Positions 42,481 to 50,440 of a DNA stretch of 64,000 bases are shown here, piece after piece. The first letter of the stretch is position 1, and every line of letters begins with the position of its first letter. Origin of the DNA: an uncultured Elusimicrobia bacterium. Lineage in GTDB: Bacteria; Elusimicrobiota; Elusimicrobia; 2-01-FULL-59-12. The notes beneath the pieces were generated by a model that was not told the DNA's origin, did no database searches, and saw only the letters and a list, made by a program, of their open reading frames with translations. The stretch covers positions 1,454,315 to 1,518,314 of the forward strand of contig OY969767.1 of the NCBI GenBank assembly GCA_963702895.1, given 5' to 3'. The translations under genes were made by a program, and so were the position numbers.

Positions 42481-42560
42481 CTAGCCGGGAAACTGCCGTT
42501 GCCGTCAGCCGGCCCTCCACACATCCGGCGCCCGCCACACGTCTAGCGAGGCCTCGCCGG
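42481..42560. repeat. Truncated composite element (left end plus hairpin units)
   Basis: ctagccgggaaactgccgttgccgtca resembles 55863 ctaaccggaaaactgtagttgccgtca; followed by gccggccctccacacatccggcg. Confidence 0.7.
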
Positions 42561-42564
42561 ATCA

Positions 42565-42927
42565 TCAGAAAATCCGGACACGGCGCTTGTGAAAATCAAT
42601 CGTGAGCCGGCGCTCTTCCAATAAGCGTGTCCCAATCAAAATATCTTTTGCATGCGAAGCGACGGTATCGACTTCCTGGGTTCTCCCAAACCATCGAATT
42701 CGTCCGACAAATACTTTTTCTCGAACCACATCGCCGGTCGCAATCTCGTACGACTCATATCCGATCCAACGCCAACCCAATCGTTGAATCAGAGATTCAG
42801 GCAGACTTAACGTGCCGTTGAATCCTGTGTCGATGACGGCGGAGTGAGATTGAGAACGATTCGTGGAAAACAGAAGGAAGATTCGGACGACGGGCTCACC
42901 ACGGGAATTAACATGCCCTTTGAGCAT
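42565..42927 (-). CDS. Clan AA (retropepsin-like) aspartic protease
   Basis: AVIDTGFNG.L.LP, ILIGT.LL. Confidence 0.9.
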   Translation of the reverse strand: MLKGHVNSRGEPVVRIFLLFSTNRSQSHSAVIDTGFNGTLSLPESLIQRLGWRWIGYESYEIATGDVVREKVFVGRIRWFGRTQEVDTVASHAKDILIGTRLLEERRLTIDFHKRRVRIF

Positions 42928-43170
42928 CTACCCGTGTCGGCGCAATTTATGAACGGCAGGATAGCCGATCCGGAAAAAGTCAAATACTTTGTTTGGAAAT
43001 GCCGTCATCGCGTGCCGGGCGGCTTCCAGGACATCCTTTCCCAAAAAGTACTGTCCAGAATCGGGCTCGACAGCGACAACCTGTCCTTTATGATCGGCGA
43101 GCAGGCGCCGTTCCACTTGGCGGAAGAGTTTAGAGGCTTTTCGAAATTTCTGGAGTTCTTTTTTGCTCAC
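42928..43170 (-). CDS. DUF5678-like small protein
   Basis: H.GQVVAVEPDSGQYFLG.D..EA...FP...F..FRIG; adjacent to the protease. Confidence 0.75.
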   Translation of the reverse strand: MSKKELQKFRKASKLFRQVERRLLADHKGQVVAVEPDSGQYFLGKDVLEAARHAMTAFPNKVFDFFRIGYPAVHKLRRHG

Positions 43171-43367
43171 GGTGACTCATATTTTAACATACTCTTGCGT
43201 CGCTTGAGGCGGGGTCACCATCGCCACGCGCTAGCGCTAGGCGATGGCCAACGACACCTTCGCTCAATGGCGAAGGAGGTCGGTCTCGTGACACACAGGG
43301 CCGACGGTACCAGCTGTCCCGTCCCCTATATACGTTCGAAAATCGCTGGCTCACACAACGGACCTGC

Positions 43368-43455
43368 AGCCGGGGATCGGATTTCCCGCCACTACACCGT
43401 TGGCGGGTCCGCCAGAGCTTCGGTGGCGGAGAACCGACGACCACCTGTTTACGAA
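43368..43455 (-). pseudogene. 3' half of a tRNA-Thr(CGT) with a 46-bp insert in the T-loop
   Basis: TTCGTAA-ACAGG-TGGTC-GTCGGTTC[insert 43385-43430]AAATCCGAT-CCCCGGCT aligns with the 3' half of the intact tRNA. Confidence 0.85.
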
Positions 43456-43542
43456 TTCTTTGGGACGCCACTCACGATCATTTGGAATCCAATTGATTAC
43501 AAATATGAAAACCTAAATTCTCGGTTTTCCGCCGCAGCCAGG

Positions 43543-43651
43543 ATTCCAAGATTCTTCCAACATTACTCCAAGATTTGGTCGACGTCATTCCAAGAAAAGC
43601 CTGATCTTGTACTACAAAAGAAATCCAAGATCATCGGATACAGATTCCAAG
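43543..43651. repeat. Helically phased TCCAA(G) direct repeats
   Basis: Starts at 43545, 43556, 43567, 43589, 43624, 43646 (gaps 11, 11, 22, 35, 22). Confidence 0.6.
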
Positions 43652-44197
43652 TTATTGTCGGAGTGTCATCCCGGATTGATCGGCGCGGACAAACATCCCC
43701 ATCACATCCAAATCGGAGACGTTTAAATCTTCATCCTTTGGCGGAAGGGTCTGGGTTCCGAGAGGCCGCGTATAGGACAGAATGTAGTTCAAGAATTCGC
43801 CTGAAGGACTCCGCCATTGTCCTGACCACGTCAGGATTACGAGTTGTCTGTTATTAGCGGAAACAATTTTCCGTTTCCATTTCCACAATGTGACCGGCGG
43901 TTCTTTTGATTTAACTTGGTCTGTCTTAAGCGCCTGCCACCTGTCCCGCGCCAGCGCATTGGACAACTCTGCGATCACATCAGAGGCCGGATAGCTCGCC
44001 TTCACTCTATAAATCACCTGATCAGGTTGCCATCCATTTGGATATTGGCACTCCAAGTACTCGACGTCGGTGGCTCCCTTGACAGCGAAAAGCGATTTCG
44101 GATGATCTTGCGGGTTGGGATGGCATTCCAGAGCGTACGTCAGTTGAATGAGCGCGGTGAGGAGAGCAGCGGCAAGAAGACAGCCGATTCGACTCAT
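43652..44197 (-). CDS. Hypothetical secreted protein
   Basis: GGAGG SD, signal peptide (..TYA-LE), 181 aa, between two tRNA fragments. Confidence 0.75.
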   Translation of the reverse strand: MSRIGCLLAAALLTALIQLTYALECHPNPQDHPKSLFAVKGATDVEYLECQYPNGWQPDQVIYRVKASYPASDVIAELSNALARDRWQALKTDQVKSKEPPVTLWKWKRKIVSANNRQLVILTWSGQWRSPSGEFLNYILSYTRPLGTQTLPPKDEDLNVSDLDVMGMFVRADQSGMTLRQ

Positions 44198-44347
44198 TAT
44201 TCCGGCCTCCTATTCCTAGAAGAGGTATTCCAAGGCCATTGCGTCGTAATTGTCACATCGGTTTCGACATACGTTGCGCTAGCCACGGGAGACGCCTCAA
44301 ATTCTGGGAAATTTTGCTGATAAGCGCCACTTCCCACAAAAAAATTA

Positions 44348-44429
44348 AGCCGGGGAAGGGACTCCCCGCCACTGAGTCTCTGGCGTTCCCGCCAATGCCG
44401 TAGTGGCGGGGAACCCACGACCTTCTCTT
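44348..44429 (-). pseudogene. tRNA 3' fragment (Thr-like) with a 46-bp insert in the T-loop
   Basis: AGAGAAGGTC-GTGGGTTC[insert 44365-44410]GAGTCCCTT-CCCCGGCT. Confidence 0.75.
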
Positions 44430-44509
44430 TCCGCCCCCATCCTAATTTCGTAAACCTCAAAACTCTTTACCGTCTGGGGTCGTCTGATGGTGGTTCCCAT
44501 CGTAAAATA

Positions 44510-44582
44510 AGCCGAGGATCGGACTTGAACCGACAACATCTCCCTTACGAAGGGAGTGCTCTACCAATTGAGCTACCTCGGC
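44510..44582 (-). tRNA. tRNA-Thr(CGT)
   Basis: GCCGAGG TA GCTC AATTGGTA GAGC A CTCCC TTCGTAA GGGAG ATGTT GTCGG TTCAAGT CCGAT CCTCGGC T; complete cloverleaf, CCA not encoded. Confidence 0.97.
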
Positions 44583-44814
44583 GTAAATCGGTCGCTTTAG
44601 TTGCCTTAAATTTGCTCGTAACATCGGTAAACGCTTCATCGATTTTCGAATCGATCCGATCTGCGCTTTTAAAACGCAAATCTTAGACCAACGTGAATAC
44701 ATCCCGTGAGAGTAGGCCATCCAGCCTACGTCACCCACCCAGTTCTCAGTAGCCTTTTGTTAGCGGCAATTTGAACCTATGCCAGCTTGTAAAGCAGGAA
44801 CAGCCATAGTGTAA

Positions 44815-45111
44815 TTATCGCCGAGCAGATTCCCAGCGCTTAGCGGCCAGCGTAAAAGCATGGCGATGTTTTGACCAATCATGCAAGATCGCTGGATCAA
44901 AATCAGCGCCATTGGGCCACACAAGCGTGTGAACTTCGCGGTCAAGGCGAACTCGATTAAAGACCCTTGGATTTTTTAATGGCCCGTAAAGGTCCCCAGC
45001 CAGAACAGGCTGGAAATCAATTGTTCGCTTGCATTGATCATCGAACGATATTTCCAAGGTGTAAGGACCTGCCTTTTTAAACGATCGAATTTTATAAATG
45101 GAATGTTTCAT
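44815..45111 (-). CDS. DUF2442 protein (putative antitoxin, DhiA-type)
   Basis: Y.L.ISFDD....IDF...L.G.LY.PL..P..F, TLVWPNGADFDP..L. Confidence 0.9.
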   Translation of the reverse strand: MKHSIYKIRSFKKAGPYTLEISFDDQCKRTIDFQPVLAGDLYGPLKNPRVFNRVRLDREVHTLVWPNGADFDPAILHDWSKHRHAFTLAAKRWESARR

Positions 45112-45331
45112 AATCGCCTCACTTAAGCGGTTTAATAGGCTCTGGCTTCCGCCCAGCTTGCAATCTCTGCCAGTCCAGCATCAATTCTTTCCTATGAAGT
45201 TCTGCCCATGCCTCGACTAACCGACGCTGTCTTTTTGGGAGAGAGCCGGATATTGTTTCAATCGGATCAATCCCATAAACAGCCACGTGCTCCTGATAAT
45301 AGGCGTGAAAATGTGCTTTATGGTGTCGACC

Positions 45332-46603
45332 CACTGGTGTCCGGTAAAAGTTAGCCGAAGCTTAGCCATAGCTGAGGCTCCATAGTTCGAACTTTTGAAA
45401 GATTCTTTTCGGGCATACGCAATAGATCGATGAGACTGAGCCGGTCGAGAAGGGTATTCTGAACCAACCGGTGCAGCAAGAACAGCGAACGCTGGAATCG
45501 TGTCTGGAACTTGATGTAGGCCAGGAGCAGGAAATAGCACAAGGCCACCCAGATTTGGGTAAAGACGGCATTTTTGGAAGTGCCGAGGAACGTTTTGATT
45601 TTGAGATGCTGCTTGAGCCACTTGAAGAACAGCTCGATCTGCCAACGGGCCTTATAGATTTGGGCAATGGTGAAAGCGGCCAGTTTGAAGTTATTGGTCA
45701 TAAACTGGTAAGTGATGGCGGTGTCGGCATCGTAGTAGCCGATGAGTCGTAAAGGTTTCTTGTATTTCGTCTTGGTGCGTGGGCCTGTAAGCTCAATGGT
45801 GCGATCGTACAACAGGCCGTTTTTTAAGGGAATTTCTTGCTGTCCGGTGATGCGGCAGGTGAGGTTGTCTTTGGCACGGGTGACGAAGAAAGAGCCGAGA
45901 TCGTCGATCTGACGGTACCAGCCGTAATCCATGTAGCCGCGGTCGAAGACATAGATGCTGTCCGGTTCTAAGGGAAAAAGACGTTTGGCGGCATGGTCGA
46001 AGCACTTTCCATCGGTGATGACGGCAAAGGAAGGGATTTGGCCACGCAAGTCCAGTTGGCAATGCAGTTTGATCGCTCCTTTGGCCTGTTTAAAGGTGGC
46101 CCAAGGGAAAAGGTTCAGGCACAGTTCCATGTTCGTGGAATCGAAGCAGGTCACTTTGTGTTTAAAACGGAACTGATGCTTAGGCGCGATGGCTTGGCAC
46201 CGATCCAGCAGGTGATAGAAGAGCTTTTCCATGATGCGCCAGTCGCGCCCAGCGTTAGCGTCAGCCAGGGTAGAACGTTTCACTGGCGGCAGCCCCAAGT
46301 GATAGAGCTTGGGTTGTTGCGTGCCTAAAGCCGTCTGGATGTCACGCAGGCTTGTTTTACCGCTGGCCTGAGCATAGAGGAGTGTCGTGAGCTGGTTCCA
46401 AGTCGAGAATTTTTTAACGTAGGCGTCGCCGCCGAAGCCAGAAACGGCTTGGTCGAACTGATGTCGTGGTAAAAGGAGAAGCAGTTGGTTCATTATGGTG
46501 TTAGAATGCATGAGCGAAATCCTCCCTCGGACAGAATGGTTTGCTTGGTCGCAATCATTCTACCGAACCAGGGGGATTTCGCATTTTTAACCGGACACGA
46601 GTG
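45332..46603 (-). mobile_element. IS4-family insertion sequence, copy 1 (1272 bp)
   Basis: TIRs CACTGGTGTCCGGT / ACCGGACACGAGTG; 9-bp TSD GTGTCGACC (45323-45331, 46604-46612). Confidence 0.95.
45351..46511 (-). CDS. IS4-family DDE transposase (DUF4372 + DDE_Tnp_1)
   Basis: SLRDI, RSTLADAN, DST, KLH, DRGY, YKARWQIELFFK (YREK motif). Confidence 0.95.
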   Translation of the reverse strand: MHSNTIMNQLLLLLPRHQFDQAVSGFGGDAYVKKFSTWNQLTTLLYAQASGKTSLRDIQTALGTQQPKLYHLGLPPVKRSTLADANAGRDWRIMEKLFYHLLDRCQAIAPKHQFRFKHKVTCFDSTNMELCLNLFPWATFKQAKGAIKLHCQLDLRGQIPSFAVITDGKCFDHAAKRLFPLEPDSIYVFDRGYMDYGWYRQIDDLGSFFVTRAKDNLTCRITGQQEIPLKNGLLYDRTIELTGPRTKTKYKKPLRLIGYYDADTAITYQFMTNNFKLAAFTIAQIYKARWQIELFFKWLKQHLKIKTFLGTSKNAVFTQIWVALCYFLLLAYIKFQTRFQRSLFLLHRLVQNTLLDRLSLIDLLRMPEKNLSKVRTMEPQLWLSFG

Positions 46604-46933
46604 GTGTCGACCACCAAACTCCGCGAACATGCGGATAATAATGCCGAAAAAGCGGCTCAGCTCAGGCACGGGAACATTCTACTACTTCGAACAAACCTAG
46701 CTCGGCTAGCATGACGTTTCAAGACACATTGCTTTCGATAAATACTGGACTGACTTCGCTATTCCTCTGAATTTCCAAGGATATCCCGGAATTTCGGTAC
46801 TTTTCGCGAAAACTCGCATTGATTATCAAACACTTTGTTTCGAGCAACGTTTTTCAAAACAGCGGCTCCACCAACCGAGCTAGCCCGGCTAGCAGACCGC
46901 CACCTACACAAATTCATGGAATTATAAATCTTT

Positions 46934-48472
46934 TTAGGAAAGGCCAAAGAACTGACGGATACGCCGGCTCAGGGATTCTTGGGGTTCAGGTGCAGAAGAA
47001 GGAAGACGGCTCGCTCCGCGCGCGGCCGCCTGTGCCAGGAACGCCTGCCGCCGCGTGACGAGCGCCGCGAGCTTGTCGCTGAGTTCAGGTCGCTTGGCCA
47101 TGACCCGCTGGATCGCCGGCTTATCAATTTCCAGGACCTCGAGCGCCGTTTTCGCGATCACCGTGGCGGCCCTCGGGTCGCCCGTCAAGACCGACATCTC
47201 TCCAAAAATGTCACGCGGCCCAAGGGACGCCACGGGCGCCTGAGGGTCTTCTTTGAGCCAGACTTCGACCTGGCCGCTGATGATGGAGTACAGGGTCTGT
47301 CCCGGCGCGCCTTGCTGAAAAATGACTTCGCGTGGCGCAAAAAGACGATAGGTCGTGGATCGGGAGAGCTCTTTGAGCTCCTCGTTGAAGAAGGCCTCGG
47401 CCAGGCTCCAACGCTTGAGCTCGTCTTCGACACGGTCCTGCTCTTTCCGGGAATGCTCCGAGGCGCGCTCAAGCTGCACCGTCCGTATGGGGAAGGGGAT
47501 GGTGATGCCTTCGCGTTTAAAGGCATACCAGACCTTGGTCAAGACCTCATCCTGGATGCGAAAGCGCTGCGCGAAGTCCTCAATCCAATAAAAGAGCCCA
47601 TACACCATGGCGGACTCCCCGTATTCCAGCAAAGGGGCCACCGGAGAGGGAGACCGAACCACGCCGGAGGTCGTCTGCGCGCAATCCCTCAGGATTTCTT
47701 TCACGCGCTCCGGCACCACCGCATAAGAGACCCCAACCTTGAGCATGAGCCTCTTCACCGGGTCCCCGGCCGTATGGTTGACAAACGTGTCCTTCTGCAA
47801 CAGGGTGTTCGGGATATAGACCCGGTGAGATTCCAAAGTCTCGATCGTGGTCCGGGCCCAGTTGATCGTGATCACACGGCCTTCTTTGCCGTCGAAACTA
47901 ATCCAGTCCCCGATCCGGACGATATGGCCCAGACCAACCCCAGCGATAAAGGTCTTGATGGAATCTTGCAGGGCCAACGCGATGGCGGCGGTGGCAATGG
48001 TCGGGATGGCCACCAAGGCCAGGGGATTAAAATGAAGCACATAGCGCAAGATCGGGAGAAAGGCCACGACAAAGATCGAAAACTTGATCACCGTCCGAAG
48101 CGGCGGGGAAATGTAGACGTGCCTGATTTGGACCAGATAGTATTGCAGCAGAAAGACATCCAAGAGCGCCACCACACCCATCGCGGCTGAGACGCACGTC
48201 ACAAAGAGGTATGCCGTAATGACGAAGCTGGGCAAAAGACTCGCCAGCGGCGAGGACAAGAGGAAGGCGAGGCCCGCGAAGAGCAGGAAAGTGCTGAAGA
48301 AATGGAGGGTGTCCCCCCACGAGACTTTGATCCGTCTGCGGTAAAGAAAATACCGGAGTCCCAAATAGAGCGGAAACCCTATCCCCAACACAACCAGCGA
48401 TCCTTGCAAGGCAAAGACGTACTCTGGAACTTCCTTCATTTGCTGGAAGAGGTCTTGAAAGCTGTTGATCAT
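46934..48472 (-). CDS. MscS-family mechanosensitive channel with cNMP-binding domain
   Basis: ALALQD, IGDWI, WARTTI, IPN, IPFP; IFQQG..G..LY.I..G.V, FGEMSVLTG.PR.ATV. Confidence 0.93.
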   Translation of the reverse strand: MINSFQDLFQQMKEVPEYVFALQGSLVVLGIGFPLYLGLRYFLYRRRIKVSWGDTLHFFSTFLLFAGLAFLLSSPLASLLPSFVITAYLFVTCVSAAMGVVALLDVFLLQYYLVQIRHVYISPPLRTVIKFSIFVVAFLPILRYVLHFNPLALVAIPTIATAAIALALQDSIKTFIAGVGLGHIVRIGDWISFDGKEGRVITINWARTTIETLESHRVYIPNTLLQKDTFVNHTAGDPVKRLMLKVGVSYAVVPERVKEILRDCAQTTSGVVRSPSPVAPLLEYGESAMVYGLFYWIEDFAQRFRIQDEVLTKVWYAFKREGITIPFPIRTVQLERASEHSRKEQDRVEDELKRWSLAEAFFNEELKELSRSTTYRLFAPREVIFQQGAPGQTLYSIISGQVEVWLKEDPQAPVASLGPRDIFGEMSVLTGDPRAATVIAKTALEVLEIDKPAIQRVMAKRPELSDKLAALVTRRQAFLAQAAARGASRLPSSAPEPQESLSRRIRQFFGLS

Positions 48473-48489
48473 CTTACGCTCATAAAAAC

Positions 48490-48990
48490 TTAGGGGTGAA
48501 CTTTCGGGCTCAGCTGGAGAACGAGGTCCATTTCATCGTTGACCGACGCCATGGCCAGGCGCGACTCCCGAATGAGCACAAGGCTTGCGTAGAAAAGGCA
48601 TGCCACCGCCAACAGACCCATGGGGATGGGCAGCCACGTCAATCGTCCCACGACCGCGACGACACCCGCCACGACACTCGTCCCGATCAGGCAGCTTAAG
48701 GACATGTAGAGCAGTGTCATCGTTTGCTGGAGGATGCGGGAGCGCTGGGTTAAGCGCTCGAGCTGGACAAACAAAAGTCGGCGCCGTTCTTGATACAAGG
48801 GGTGCGAAGCGGAGCTTTCAGCCCACTGTTGAAATTCCTGGGCAATGCGGTGAGCTTTATCAATCACACGGGACAAACGTTGGGCCGTGGCGCCGATCAA
48901 GGACGCGCAGGCTAGAATCAGCAGAGACGGCGTGATGATCGCCGAAAGCATCGAAAGACTTGTTCCTAAGGGCGTCATGGTATTGCTCAA
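48490..48990 (-). CDS. DUF2721 membrane protein
   Basis: AIITP.LLI.A...L......RL.RVID. Confidence 0.85.
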   Translation of the reverse strand: MSNTMTPLGTSLSMLSAIITPSLLILACASLIGATAQRLSRVIDKAHRIAQEFQQWAESSASHPLYQERRRLLFVQLERLTQRSRILQQTMTLLYMSLSCLIGTSVVAGVVAVVGRLTWLPIPMGLLAVACLFYASLVLIRESRLAMASVNDEMDLVLQLSPKVHP

Positions 48991-49054
48991 ACCTTCATGA
49001 TGGAAAGACTTGTGCTCATGATCGTCGAAGGGCCCATTTTATCATATGGCCTTC

Positions 49055-49522
49055 TTAGGCTCCCCGGTTCAGGCGCCAGAGGACGAAGTTGAGGACGGTG
49101 GCGAAGCCGACCCAGGCGAGGTACGGCAGCATCAGGGCGCCGGCGGCGCGGTCCTCGCGCCAGAACAGCGCGGTGACGGCCAGGATCATCCCCCACAGTG
49201 CCACGATGTCCACGAAGGCGAGATCCGGCCGGTGCAACCCAAAGAAAAGGTAGGACCAGAGGGCGTTGAGCCCGAGTTGGACAATGAAGAAAGCAAGGGC
49301 GGCCCCAGCGCCTGAAAATCCAGCCTTTCGCCACACCAGCCAGGCCGCTGTGGCCATCATCAGATAGAGCGCCGTCCAGACCGGCGCGAAAACACCGCTG
49401 GGTGGGTTCCAGGAGGGTTTGACGAGCGACGCGTACCACTCGCCCGGCATAAACTGCGATCCTATCCAGGCCGCCGCCAAGGTGAGCGCCATCCACCCCA
49501 TCAAACCGGCGACATTGATCAT
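49055..49522 (-). CDS. tspO: TspO/MBR family protein
   Basis: WY..L.KPSWNPP..VF.PVWT.LY, LNALWS..FFG, PYLAWV.FA. Confidence 0.93.
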   Translation of the reverse strand: MINVAGLMGWMALTLAAAWIGSQFMPGEWYASLVKPSWNPPSGVFAPVWTALYLMMATAAWLVWRKAGFSGAGAALAFFIVQLGLNALWSYLFFGLHRPDLAFVDIVALWGMILAVTALFWREDRAAGALMLPYLAWVGFATVLNFVLWRLNRGA

Positions 49523-49535
49523 TCGTTTTGCCTCC

Positions 49536-50387
49536 TTAGTTATAGAGATGTTTGAATGCCGAGATCCTACGCCGCGTGCGATGGCCGTTAAAGGAGTAAA
49601 CCTCGATCTGTGTGCCAAAACCTTCTTTGGCGATGTAGAGGACGATTTCCTTCCAGCCATCCCCGTCGATGTCCAGGCAGCTTAAAAACCGATAGAAGTC
49701 CCTTTGCGCGTAAAGGCGCTGGTGCTCATCGATCGAGCGGGAGGCGGGTTTAAAGGACGTTTGCTGCACGAGTGGATAGTTTTTCCATTTCCCCCCATCA
49801 GCCACTTGAAGAAGCGCCACCGCGTAGACCGCGGAGGGCTGGTCGTCCCGCAGCGCACTGGCGTCCGAATGAGCGCAAAGAAGCCTCGCCTGGGGCCCAG
49901 CCGGAGTCAAGAGAACACGATAAGCCTGCGTCAGATAGGGACGAGGAACGTTCAACTTGCGCTTCTTGAGGTAGGCCGACATCCGGTCGAGGAGTTCTGG
50001 ATCATCCAGAGGCAAAGCGTGCGCGCGGTCCGCGGCCAAAGGAGGTTGTCCGACCACGGCGAGCGCGTAGGGTTCCCCGGCATCCTCACGGTACCAGTGG
50101 CCGATACGGGCCGTCCATTCCACGGCCGTACCGAGAGGGTTCGGCCGATACGGTTCAAGGTTGCTGACCTGAGCGACTTTCCCGGCCATCGTGTAAAGGG
50201 TGAAGACGTCTTCGGGTCCAGGTTGCTCATAAAACTCCTGATACGAAGCCCAGCCTTGAGCGGGCTCATACTTGCCGATCCCCATGGACACCAGGTCCGA
50301 GGTGACAAAAGCAAGAAAATATCGGGTTTCGCCCCACACAGGACAGCAGGTCCAAAGCACACACAGGCCGCCAGCCAGAAACCCCAT
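49536..50387 (-). CDS. Hypothetical exported protein
   Basis: Signal-like N-terminus; C-terminal DIDGDGWKEIV FG-GAP-like motif. Confidence 0.65.
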   Translation of the reverse strand: MGFLAGGLCVLWTCCPVWGETRYFLAFVTSDLVSMGIGKYEPAQGWASYQEFYEQPGPEDVFTLYTMAGKVAQVSNLEPYRPNPLGTAVEWTARIGHWYREDAGEPYALAVVGQPPLAADRAHALPLDDPELLDRMSAYLKKRKLNVPRPYLTQAYRVLLTPAGPQARLLCAHSDASALRDDQPSAVYAVALLQVADGGKWKNYPLVQQTSFKPASRSIDEHQRLYAQRDFYRFLSCLDIDGDGWKEIVLYIAKEGFGTQIEVYSFNGHRTRRRISAFKHLYN

Positions 50388-50440
50388 CCCACACCGGCTG
50401 CCCGTTTTACTTCGCAGGGGACACCTCCCAGAGCTTCGTT

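Larger units (their letters stand above)
45119..46669 (-). pseudogene. DUF4160 protein (putative toxin, DhiT-type) interrupted by an IS4-family element
   Basis: Joining across the TSD gives MPELSRFFGIIIRMFAEFGGRHHKAHFHAYYQ...GSLP.RQRRLVEAWAELH..EL..DW. Confidence 0.9.

Noticed and set aside
43206-43326. tRNA-Sec, tmRNA or SRP RNA identity for the structured element
   Set aside because: No T-loop, UCA anticodon arm or SRP GGAAG/AGCAG motif.
43184-44460. ORFs 43184-43471 and 44197-44460 share VVGSPP..WR..QR.SGG.S.PRL, resembling paralogous small proteins
   Set aside because: The similarity is just the translation of the tRNA T-arm plus the palindromic insert; there is no coding evidence.
46697-46893. 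Two CTAGC-NCG-GCTAG palindromes upstream of the DUF4160 gene as operators
   Set aside because: Short and about 180 bp apart; cannot be distinguished from chance or element remnants without more data.
46979-48190. Long plus-strand ORFs antisense to real genes (also 19977-21143, 33795-34703, 56269-57195, 61348-62610)
   Set aside because: Shadow ORFs typical of GC-rich coding DNA, with no recognisable motifs.
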